IMG/VR virus record: IMGVR_UViG_3300048897_000119
Location: 1 to 41,157 of that record
Origin: a virus
Lineage: Duplodnaviria > Caudoviricetes
DNA: 41,157 bases
Reading direction: 5' to 3' (one strand)
The notes under the pieces were generated by a model. It worked only from the letters and a program-made list of their open reading frames with translations, made no database searches and was not told the DNA's origin. The translations under genes and the position numbers were made by a program. Positions 8,654-16,692 of the stretch are shown here, in pieces. The stretch's first letter is position 1, and every line of letters begins with the position of its first letter.

Positions 8654-9120
8654 TCATCGCGGCCGCACTACAGTCCTGGACAGATCTCGGGCCGTTGCTG
8701 CAATACGGCCCGACGATCATTTTGCTTCTTCTCGTGCTGGGATTTTTGCTGAAGAGCATGCCGGCCTGGAAAGAAGTAAAGCTGAAAGAGTTGGAGTTGC
8801 GGAATCACGAGATTGCCGTGCGCGGTGAAGAGGCCAAGTCCCTGTCGGCTCTTTCAGAAGTATTGCGAGACGTTGCCGTTGAGCAGCGAAAAGCCACCGA
8901 CGAACAACGGAGAGCGACTGAAACGATTGATATACTGCAGCGGGTCAACTCGGACGCCAGCGATCGTCTGGCGTCGAATGTCGCGGTTCTTAACGATCGG
9001 TTGGATCGAATCGAAAGACTCTCACAGCTAAGTACGCAACATGAAAGCCTCAGCAATCGAGTAGGAGCCCTGGAAGCACATTCAAATGTTCAATCTGGCA
9101 CAACAACAGCGGGAGCGTAG
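8650..9120 (+). CDS. N-terminal TM + coiled-coil protein (Mu gp25-like or holin/spanin-like)
   Basis: TM segment IILLLLVLGFLL then a long heptad region; lies before gp26-like gene and TerS. Confidence 0.6.
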   Translation: MIIAAALQSWTDLGPLLQYGPTIILLLLVLGFLLKSMPAWKEVKLKELELRNHEIAVRGEEAKSLSALSEVLRDVAVEQRKATDEQRRATETIDILQRVNSDASDRLASNVAVLNDRLDRIERLSQLSTQHESLSNRVGALEAHSNVQSGTTTAGA

Positions 9121-9466
9121 CGCGCGTATTCGGGGATGGATCATCTATCTCCTGTACAAAGGGCGGCCTCATCCGCTACCTCTGTCCTCTCTCTGGAAAA
9201 TGCTCGATAGATACAATATGCCGCTTACCAGGCGTCGTCTGGCTGAGGAGATTGACTATTTGCGCGGCCTGCGACTGCTTGTTGTCTTTCCTCAGGATTC
9301 TGATACAGAAGTGAGCAATGTTGAGCAAGCCAAGCTGACACAGCGTTACGCCGAGTGCGAGAGTGATCAGGAGATGGGGCTTGTGCTGAGCGCGAGAATC
9401 AGCACTGCAGGTACCAATTTTCAGGAAGGCCTAAGCAATTACGAAGGCATCACTCGAGTTGAATGA
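9086..9466 (+). CDS. Mu gp26-like protein
   Basis: IRGWIIYLL...EIDYLRGLRLL...ARISTAG.NF.EG...GI pattern; immediately upstream of TerS as in Mu. Confidence 0.65.
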   Translation: MFNLAQQQRERSARIRGWIIYLLYKGRPHPLPLSSLWKMLDRYNMPLTRRRLAEEIDYLRGLRLLVVFPQDSDTEVSNVEQAKLTQRYAECESDQEMGLVLSARISTAGTNFQEGLSNYEGITRVE

Positions 9467-9481
9467 CACCGCAGTCGCAAT

Positions 9482-10078
9482 ATGCCAAGACGCCATGCAG
9501 TCGAAACCCTGCCAGCAGATCAGTTTGAATTTCTGCTAAAGGCCATCACCAATGGTGGCACCGATCGCGAGATCTCCACCAGCTTCGAAAAAGAGTTCAA
9601 TAGAAAACTCTCCAAGAGCGCCCTCCATCGCTGGCGTTCGGTGGCTGGTGATGAGCTCGCCGACAGATATCGCTTCGTGCGTTTTCAGGCCAGGCAGTTG
9701 ATTGAAGATCTCAAGGAAGAAGATGCCGACAAACATCATCTGCTTATTGCGAACATCGAGGACCGTTTACTCACGGCAGCCGGTGAGATCATTTCGCAGG
9801 ACCCGATAAAGCTGCTCGGTATTCACCAGGAAGAGAAACGCCGGCAGTTGAAAGAAAGAGAACTCGCGCTCAGGGAACGCACGCAGGCGTTCCAGGAAGA
9901 ACAAGCCCAAAAGTCGGACCAGCTACAGCACGATCGACTGAAGATCGGGGCTGATGTTTGGCACTTCATTCTTTCATATCTGTTGCAGGCTGAACCCGAA
10001 GCCGCGGACCTCCTTACTAAACACAACGAAGCGATATTGAATGGCCTCGAAGCACACCTCGAAAATCAACCTGCCTAA
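9482..10078 (+). CDS. terminase small subunit (Mu gp27/DUF3486-like)
   Basis: MPRRHAVETLP N-terminus; LSKSALHRW HTH; directly upstream of TerL. Confidence 0.8.
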   Translation: MPRRHAVETLPADQFEFLLKAITNGGTDREISTSFEKEFNRKLSKSALHRWRSVAGDELADRYRFVRFQARQLIEDLKEEDADKHHLLIANIEDRLLTAAGEIISQDPIKLLGIHQEEKRRQLKERELALRERTQAFQEEQAQKSDQLQHDRLKIGADVWHFILSYLLQAEPEAADLLTKHNEAILNGLEAHLENQPA

Positions 10079-11792
10079 AAAGCCAATCACGCGCGAAGAG
10101 TTTCGCGATCTGGCGCACCAGGCGACCGAAGCTGTTCAGCAACAGAGAGCGGCCACGCAAATTCTCGCCGAGACGCTAAGCGCGGGCCGCGCGGCATTCA
10201 CTGAAGCAGACGGCACGCGTGAGGACCGGCTGCAGCGAACGCGCGAATCCGCTCTGGAGTTTGGCCGCACTTACCTGCCTCATTTTTTCGAACAACCATC
10301 GGCGCCATTTCATTCGGCACTCGACAAGGTCATCACCGGTAACTACACCGACGACGATCTGGAGCGCTGGCGGGAGGAGTACGGCATCGAGGTGCACCGC
10401 GGAGATCCGGATCTGAATCTACTGGCGGTGCAGATTTTTCGCGGCGGCGGCAAGTCTGTCCTGGTGAACTTATGCGATCACCTGCGTCGCATCTGTCACG
10501 GTTTAGATCCTTACATCATTATCGCCGGCGACACGTTTGCGCAGGCTGGAGCCCAGCTCGAGGACATCAAGGATGAACTCGCCGGCAATGAAAAGATCCG
10601 TGCCGACTTCGGTGCGCTGAAACCTGATAAAGGAATCTGGAAGAGCGTTGAGTTACTGCAACGCCCCGATGGTCGTGTGACCTGGCGTGAGGGGCAGATC
10701 ATCACCACCAACGGCGTGCGCGTCGACGCTATCGGTCGCGGCGGCAAGATGCGCGGCCGTCGTCATGGACCACAGCGACCGACCTGCTTCACTGGAGACG
10801 ATCTCGACAATGACGAGAACGTTGTAACAAAAGAGCAGCGCGACAAAGCGTGGAACTGGATCATTAGTGCAGTTGTGCCGGCGATGGACCCGATACGCGG
10901 CAAGCTGCGCGTCATCGGCACTACCATTCATTTCGACTGTGTAATCGCTCGTGCCGTGCGTAAAACCGACGACGAAGGTCAACGCTTCTTCACTTCGATT
11001 AGTTTTCCTGCAATGCACCGTGACGACAACGGCAAACTCGAGTCAAATTGGCCGGCTCGGTTTTCAACGGACTCGCTGCTGAAGAAGCGCGCGATGCTGG
11101 GTCCGAACAAGTTCGGCGCTGAATACATGAATGATCCGCGTGATCCTGAGACGCAATTATTTAACGCGAATCGCTTCACTTACTACACGCCGCTCGAGCT
11201 CGAGGGGAAGGATCTGCGGCGCATTCTTTATGTCGACCCCTCAAAAGGCAAGAAGGGCAAAGGCAGAAAGAAGTCGGACTTTTCGGCGTTTGTGGATTTA
11301 CTGTACGACGGTGATAGCCGCATTAGCTACATTCACAACGCATACCGCAAGCGGTTGACGCCCACCGCCGCGAGAGCTGAAGTGATCGAGTGGTATCTGG
11401 ATGCGCTTAAAGGTCCCTGGCCAGTGGAGCTTTGGGTGGAAGAAAACGCGTTCGGCGACATCCTTGCCGAACACTGGCAGGACGAGCTGCGAAGACGCGG
11501 GGTCGACATTCCCGTAAGCACTCTGCTGCATTCAACAGAAAAGGCCGCTCGCATCGAGCGACACTCGACCCGCGTTGAAACGGCCGGTGTAAGGTTTCCC
11601 GATCGCTGGCAGCGCGAGGATAGACGGCCAGAGTGGTTTTCTGAGTATGAAGACTTTCCGGCTGGCAGCTTCGACGACACGATTGATGGCATTGAGTCGG
11701 CTGATCACATTGCGAGAGAAATGTCAGTCGGTAAACCGGATTTTGTTTCCAGCGGACAGAAACAATCTTTCGCGCAGGCAAAAGCCTACTAA
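10041..11792 (+). CDS. terL: terminase large subunit
   Basis: Walker A FRGGGKS, RGRR, Walker B GDDLD, IGT, nuclease YVDPS...SDFSA...FDDTID. Confidence 0.95.
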   Translation: MASKHTSKINLPKKPITREEFRDLAHQATEAVQQQRAATQILAETLSAGRAAFTEADGTREDRLQRTRESALEFGRTYLPHFFEQPSAPFHSALDKVITGNYTDDDLERWREEYGIEVHRGDPDLNLLAVQIFRGGGKSVLVNLCDHLRRICHGLDPYIIIAGDTFAQAGAQLEDIKDELAGNEKIRADFGALKPDKGIWKSVELLQRPDGRVTWREGQIITTNGVRVDAIGRGGKMRGRRHGPQRPTCFTGDDLDNDENVVTKEQRDKAWNWIISAVVPAMDPIRGKLRVIGTTIHFDCVIARAVRKTDDEGQRFFTSISFPAMHRDDNGKLESNWPARFSTDSLLKKRAMLGPNKFGAEYMNDPRDPETQLFNANRFTYYTPLELEGKDLRRILYVDPSKGKKGKGRKKSDFSAFVDLLYDGDSRISYIHNAYRKRLTPTAARAEVIEWYLDALKGPWPVELWVEENAFGDILAEHWQDELRRRGVDIPVSTLLHSTEKAARIERHSTRVETAGVRFPDRWQREDRRPEWFSEYEDFPAGSFDDTIDGIESADHIAREMSVGKPDFVSSGQKQSFAQAKAY

Positions 11793-11796
11793 CAGC

Positions 11797-12537
11797 ATGA
11801 GGCCATATTACGAGTCGCAAGGCATAACCATTTACCACGCCAGTTATCAGGAGCTCCTTCCTTCTCTTCGACCCAACAGCGTCGATCTTCTCTTAACCGA
11901 TCCGCCTTATGGCACCACTAATCTGCAATGGGATAAGCCGGTAGACTGGCGCTGGTTCTGGCCCATCATTGAACAGATTTGCAAGTGCTACGCCAATCTG
12001 GTCCTGTTTAGCTCGGGGCAGTTTACGCACACGTTGATCGCTTCCAATCGGGCGCGCTTTCGTTACGAGCTGATTTGGGAAAAGCCGATGCCGGCTGGGT
12101 TCCTCAGCGCGAATCGTCGACCGCTGCGGGCGCACGAAAACATTCTCTTGTTCAATAGGTCATACAAGCACAGCGTTTACAACCCACAGTTCGTCAAAGG
12201 CAAGATGCATATGCGCGGCAATTTAGGATCGTCGTCGGGACACTATGGAGCAGTGCGCAGAACACCAGGAATAATGACGAACAAGTATCACCCTCGCAGC
12301 ATTCTCCGCTTCAGCAAACCGCTGGGAACAAAGTCTCTGCATCCAACACAAAAGCCACTTGAACTGATGCGGTGGCTCGTGCGCAGCTACTCGCGACCAC
12401 GCCAGCAAGTGCTTGATCCATTCATCGGTTCAGGCACCACCCTGGTGGCGGCGCAAATGACCGGCCGGCGAGCGATCGGCGTCGACGTAGAAGAACGCTT
12501 TTGCGAGATCGCCGCCAATCGTCTACGGCAGCTCTGA
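11797..12537 (+). CDS. orphan beta-class N6-adenine/N4-cytosine DNA methyltransferase
   Basis: TDPPYG (motif IV) precedes HPTQKP and LDPFIGSGTT (motif I); start reassigned to ATG 11797. Confidence 0.93.
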   Translation: MRPYYESQGITIYHASYQELLPSLRPNSVDLLLTDPPYGTTNLQWDKPVDWRWFWPIIEQICKCYANLVLFSSGQFTHTLIASNRARFRYELIWEKPMPAGFLSANRRPLRAHENILLFNRSYKHSVYNPQFVKGKMHMRGNLGSSSGHYGAVRRTPGIMTNKYHPRSILRFSKPLGTKSLHPTQKPLELMRWLVRSYSRPRQQVLDPFIGSGTTLVAAQMTGRRAIGVDVEERFCEIAANRLRQL

Positions 12538-12542
12538 ATGGC

Positions 12543-12779
12543 TTAGTTCCTATTGACGGCGTTTAATTGTGCGAGTCTCTCGATCGCGTAGCTGGTGGCG
12601 TGCGCGAGCATTTGCTCAAACAACGTGGGCCATATCAAGTCAAACTCTTCGCAGCAACTATTGGGATAATGGCAAAGCCAGACGGCGAGCGTCCTCATCT
12701 TCATGTAGCTAACGAGCATCCAAAACCATTCCTGCCTGGTCGCCGCAACCGCGCTTTCAGCAACATCGTTGTCATGCAT
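12543..12779 (-). CDS. 78-aa hypothetical protein downstream of the TPR regulator
   Basis: GAAGGAG RBS 7 nt before ATG; perfect TATAAT on the minus strand at 12833-12828. Confidence 0.65.
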   Translation of the reverse strand: MHDNDVAESAVAATRQEWFWMLVSYMKMRTLAVWLCHYPNSCCEEFDLIWPTLFEQMLAHATSYAIERLAQLNAVNRN

Positions 12780-13042
12780 GCGAGGACTCCTTCAGTGTAG
12801 CTAACGTGGGAGACAGAAGGCGGGCGCATTATATTTAGATTGAAGGAGCCGAAAGCGGAAATTTTTAAGTTCCCTGCTGATCCTGATTGGCGAGAGGTAC
12901 GAAGGAGCCAGCGCGATCGACGCAGACTGTTTGCTGTGCTTGTGGTTAGAGCCACTAGCAGGAGAGATTGAAATAAAGTAACGAGTGCTGCGACATTACT
13001 CCGGAGCGACTGTCCAGCCTGCGGTTCGCCGATCTGCATGAT

Positions 13043-14503
13043 CTATTGCTTCTTAACGATCGACTTTCGTCGCACTCTTTTCTCACGCCTGGCGGGTCCG
13101 AGTGTTTTACGATGACGACCTTCGAGGATATAGCACAAACCCTGATGGGTGATTCCTAAAAGGCGGGCAGCGCGAGTAACGCTGCCGCCCGACTGGTCCA
13201 ATGCTCGGCGGATCAATCGCGCTTCGAAATGAAGCATCTCCTTTTCGAGAGAACCACCCATCAGCTCCTCGTCCTGAACGCGCTCCATGCTTTCCATTGT
13301 TTCAATAACTACGCGGACACAGCGGCGAAGCTGCTCCAGATCCGATGGCGTCGCGTAGTCGCCCAGGTGCTGATCCGCACTGTGGTATAAGGTGAGCAGC
13401 TCGCCGCTGGTAAGGTCATTCTTGATTTCTTGAATCGCGGTGAGCTGTGCGATCGCAGCCGAGCGCGAGTCACCGGCCGCGGCCGCGACTTCAGCTGCTC
13501 GTTGAAATGCTCGGCGCGCGTCAGTGCCCTTGCCGCTTCTGGCCAAGGCGATGGCCTGCGTCGTCAACGCCTCGGCCAGTAACGAGTGTTCATCACCCTG
13601 CTGCAGCGTGGTGATGGCCGCGAATGCGGCACGCTCAGCGTCCGCGAATCTCTTTTGAGCGAGAAAGACGCGGGCGCGTGTTTCATTCACCTGAGCAACG
13701 CTTCCGGAGTCCTTAAGCGAGATAAAAATTCTGCGCGCCTTGTCCAGGTGGTCCAGGGCTTCGGCGGCCCGCTCTAGTTGCAAGAGCGTAAACCCGATGT
13801 TGTTTTCTACTCGTGCCAGGTATCGGAGGTGTCCGGCATTTGCCAGGTGCATGCTCGCAGCACTGTATTCGACTAAAGCACGATCAAGGTTCTCTTCTCC
13901 GCCGAGGTTCTTATAGACGAGTGCGCGCTGCAGGTGATAGCGACCGTGACTGGCAGCATCTGAAACCTCGGCGAGCAGCGGAGCAGCTTCGTTCAAGACG
14001 GCCAAAGCATCGAGATATCTGCCCGACGAGATCTCAACGGTAGTGGCGTTGGTAAGGGTGCGTAGTTTTGTCTCCGGTGCTTGCGCTTGCGTAAGCGCCT
14101 GCTGAAACACGACGCGACCTTCGTCCAGTGCTCCCGAGCGCCAGTAACAAAGCGCGAGATCTGTTAGCGCCTCAGCGCATTTATCCGGTTGGCCCAAAGA
14201 TTCAAATAGGGTGATGCTCTCCGTTATGAGATCCCGCGCCGACTCTTGTGCTCCAGGAATCTGTCTCGCACTACCCAGCCAGCCGCATAAAGCGCCAACT
14301 CTCAACAACACCTCAGCCTGCGTATCGGGCAACAGCTGGTCGATCGCCGGCCGCTCGCCAATGTTGGTCCAGAGCTTGCCCAGCGCGGACCGCGCGCCTT
14401 CATAATCTCCAGCTCGTTCCAGGTCGCGGGCAATTTCGCAGTCTCGTCTTGCCTGCCAGTCACGGTACTGCCGAACTTCGGTGGGTTTCCTGGTAGTTTC
14501 CAT
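13043..14503 (-). CDS. TPR-repeat transcriptional regulator with C-terminal Fis-type HTH (candidate peptide receptor)
   Basis: Serial TPR-like helices (AEALTDLALCYWRSG, ARVENNIGFTLLQLE, AQVNETRARVFLAQK); C-terminal EARLIRRALDQSGGSVTRAARLLGITHQGL. Confidence 0.88.
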   Translation of the reverse strand: METTRKPTEVRQYRDWQARRDCEIARDLERAGDYEGARSALGKLWTNIGERPAIDQLLPDTQAEVLLRVGALCGWLGSARQIPGAQESARDLITESITLFESLGQPDKCAEALTDLALCYWRSGALDEGRVVFQQALTQAQAPETKLRTLTNATTVEISSGRYLDALAVLNEAAPLLAEVSDAASHGRYHLQRALVYKNLGGEENLDRALVEYSAASMHLANAGHLRYLARVENNIGFTLLQLERAAEALDHLDKARRIFISLKDSGSVAQVNETRARVFLAQKRFADAERAAFAAITTLQQGDEHSLLAEALTTQAIALARSGKGTDARRAFQRAAEVAAAAGDSRSAAIAQLTAIQEIKNDLTSGELLTLYHSADQHLGDYATPSDLEQLRRCVRVVIETMESMERVQDEELMGGSLEKEMLHFEARLIRRALDQSGGSVTRAARLLGITHQGLCYILEGRHRKTLGPARREKRVRRKSIVKKQ

Positions 14504-14520
14504 CGCAGTGCCTGTTGCTA

Positions 14521-14575
14521 ATTAGTCGGGATGCCGACTAATGATGGTATGATACGTGGGCTCAACTATTTGAGC
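14521..14575. promoter_or_regulatory. divergent promoter region with palindromic operator
   Basis: ATTAGTCGG-gatg-CCGACTAAT (14521-42); extended -10 TGgTATGAT (14545-53, +) overlapping TATCAT (-); second IR GCTCAA-ctat-TTGAGC (14560-75). Confidence 0.65.
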
Positions 14576-14618
14576 GGACTGCCTGTCGGTACGCTCCCGC
14601 TGTAGAGGACCCACACTA

Positions 14619-14849
14619 ATGAAACAACTTCGATGCATTCTCTTTGGGACCATATTGGCGCTGTCAAGCTCGACGCTCGCGTTGGGAGGGGATATGCAGG
14701 GGCCAGGCCGGAACGATCCGCCTCCGCCTCCACCTGCAGCTACGACCGAGTCGACGACGGACAGCACGCCGGCTTCGGTTGAAGAAGTTCAGCTTACGCT
14801 GCAAGACCTCGCAGAAGTACTCAGCGAAATCTTGCTGACGGTGCTCTGA
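14619..14849 (+). CDS. small secreted pro-peptide (candidate signalling peptide precursor)
   Basis: AGAGGA RBS; Sec-type signal MKQLRCILFGTILALSSSTLALG, then GDMQGPG, poly-Pro/Thr linker and amphipathic C-terminal helix. Confidence 0.8.
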   Translation: MKQLRCILFGTILALSSSTLALGGDMQGPGRNDPPPPPPAATTESTTDSTPASVEEVQLTLQDLAEVLSEILLTVL

Positions 14850-14965
14850 GACCTCATCTGGGCGAGATAAATAAATTTGCCCTTGAAGGCGCTGCTGGTG
14901 CGGTGCGCTAAAAGGTCGCCGTGTGCGCTGGGAAAGGGCAAGCGATCCTACTCTGAAAATGCCGG

Positions 14966-15109
14966 TTGTGACAACACCGGACGTGCCTTATATTACGAGG
15001 CGATTTTGAGTCTCTAAACGAGACCACTCATCGTTCATACAAAACAATCAGAGGCTCGCAGCAGCCCGCGGGAAAAGTTGAAAGGTTTCCTGGCGGGCAT
15101 TTCATTTTA
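14966..15109 (+). promoter_or_regulatory. late leader copy 2 (before portal)
   Basis: TTGTGA-17-TATATT(14989-94); GTCTC-taaac-GAGAC (15010-24); AGAGGCTCGCAGCAGCCC (15050-67); stem GCCCGC.../...GCGGGC(15093-98) then ATTTCATTTT abutting the ATG. Confidence 0.8.
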
Positions 15110-16582
15110 ATGAGCAACGACAAAATCATCGCTGCTGATGTGCTGACAGGGGAGATCCTGTCGAGCGAACGCCTGGGCAATTACATGGCCTTCGCTTACA
15201 ACCTGGGACTCACCGCATTGCCCGACGATCCCTCGTGGGCGTGGATACAATTAAAAACTAATCCGTGGCTGGCAATGGCGATCTACGAGGACCTGGAAGA
15301 GAAAGACGACAAGATCAGCTCTGATCTCGATACCCGAAAAGAAAGTGTATTGGCGAAGTCGCGCACGGTGCTGCCGGCCAGCGAGAAACGCCAGGACAGA
15401 AAGCTCGCGGACTTCATCGGCGAAACTCTCGAAGGTTACATGGGCGGCGGTGATGGTCTCCGGTTCGGTTTTGACAGCTTTTTGTGGGAAGCTCTTGACG
15501 CGATTGGGAAGGGCGTGGCGATCGGTGAGAACATCTATGAATCGGCCAACGATCGCCTCTACATCAAGAGCGTCAACTTCAAGCCGCAGTTCCTTTTCAG
15601 CTTCGGCGAAGGTGCGCTGGCAAACTATTCGACGTATGCGCTGCCTCAGACTGGACCGCTGCGTCTCCGTCCTGATGTGTTCCTCGGCGGCGTCGGATCT
15701 GGCGAACCTCTTCCGGAGCAGAAGTTCTTTGTACACACGTTTCGCTCTTACCAGGGCAATCGCTGGGGCACACCACTGTTGCGTCGCGTGTTCTGGTTGT
15801 CATGGTTCAAGCGCGCCGGCGTGAAGCAATGGCTTCGTTATCTGGAGCGTGGACCAGGCACAGTCCTGGCCCGCTATTCGGACGGTGCTTCAGCCGATGA
15901 AAAGAAGAAAGCACTGGAAGCAGCTCAGGCGCTGGCTGAAGAGATGGCGGCCGCGATCCCGAAGAAGTTTGAAGCTGAAGTCCTGGAAAACACCCGACAC
16001 GCGATGGGCAGCTCGCACAGCGAACTCGTCGACGATTACTGCAACAACGGGATCGCTCGCGTGATTCTCGGCCAAACGCTCACCAGTCGCGGCAGTGAAG
16101 GCGGAGGCTCGCGCGCGCTCGGCGAAGTGCACGAACGTGTCGCCGGACGAAAAACTGAAACCGACGCGAAGTCATTGATGCTTGCGGTAAACACGCGACT
16201 CGTGTGGCCACTGACGATCCTCAATTACGGCGTGGTTGAGCGACCCCCAATCTGGACCATTCAGTATGAGCCAGGCGCTGACATGAAGATGATGTCAGAA
16301 GTGCTCTATAAGCTGTGGCAGATGAATGTCCCGCTCGCGGTGAAACCGTTCTATCAGACCTTCCAGATTAAAGAGCCGACTGAAGGCGAAGAGGTTCTGG
16401 CACTGCCGAAAAGCAACAACGGCGCTGAGCAGGTTGATACCGAGGAAGAGGATACAAGCTTCGCTGAGAAAGGCGACGACGTAAAAAAAAAGTCCGGCAA
16501 CAGGCGATCGAAGCCGCTGAGCTCGAGCAGGGAGCGCTTCGGGAAGCTGCGCCCCTCTATGATGCGATACTCACGCGAATAA
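15110..16582 (+). CDS. portal protein (Mu gp29/DUF935 family)
   Basis: YEDLEEKD.KI.S.L..RK, G.PLLR..FW...FK, IARVILGQTLTS...GSRALGEVHERV motifs. Confidence 0.93.
   Translation: MSNDKIIAADVLTGEILSSERLGNYMAFAYNLGLTALPDDPSWAWIQLKTNPWLAMAIYEDLEEKDDKISSDLDTRKESVLAKSRTVLPASEKRQDRKLADFIGETLEGYMGGGDGLRFGFDSFLWEALDAIGKGVAIGENIYESANDRLYIKSVNFKPQFLFSFGEGALANYSTYALPQTGPLRLRPDVFLGGVGSGEPLPEQKFFVHTFRSYQGNRWGTPLLRRVFWLSWFKRAGVKQWLRYLERGPGTVLARYSDGASADEKKKALEAAQALAEEMAAAIPKKFEAEVLENTRHAMGSSHSELVDDYCNNGIARVILGQTLTSRGSEGGGSRALGEVHERVAGRKTETDAKSLMLAVNTRLVWPLTILNYGVVERPPIWTIQYEPGADMKMMSEVLYKLWQMNVPLAVKPFYQTFQIKEPTEGEEVLALPKSNNGAEQVDTEEEDTSFAEKGDDVKKKSGNRRSKPLSSSRERFGKLRPSMMRYSRE
16481..16492 (+). other. A9 run / A_AAA_AAG slippery site linking portal to gpF in the -1 frame
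   Basis: GTA AAA AAA AAG in the portal frame; the -1 frame is open from 16468 through 17469. Confidence 0.75.
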
Positions 16583-16692
16583 TCGACCTCGTCAGCAGCC
16601 AGGACCCTCAGTCTTTCCTGGTCCACGAACCCGCGTTTGATTCTCTTAAAGATCTACTGGCCGATTCACTGCTTGCCTCATACCTGCAGGGG

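Noticed and set aside
11647-11796. Upstream extensions given by the ORF track for the MTase (also 1661, 2418, 19749 and 32096 starts)
   Set aside because: They overlap upstream genes or regulatory hairpins; downstream starts fit RBS, coupling and domain boundaries better
12701-13039. 112-aa minus-strand ORF directly after the TPR gene
   Set aside because: Overlaps the better-supported 12543-12779 gene and its -10 box, with no recognisable motif; not fully excluded
13043-14503. Sigma54 enhancer-binding protein (because of the Fis-type HTH)
   Set aside because: No AAA+ Walker A or GAFTGA motif; the body of the protein is TPR-like
11797-14849. Restriction-modification or toxin-antitoxin defence island
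   Set aside because: No nuclease or toxin motifs recognised; the MTase is coupled to terL and opposite in orientation to the TPR gene
14876-14941. Imperfect TTGCCCTT...AAGGGCAA inverted repeat after the peptide gene, with a similar TTTGCCCT near 17637
   Set aside because: Short arms, long irregular interior and no U-tract; not enough to call a terminator or shared motif
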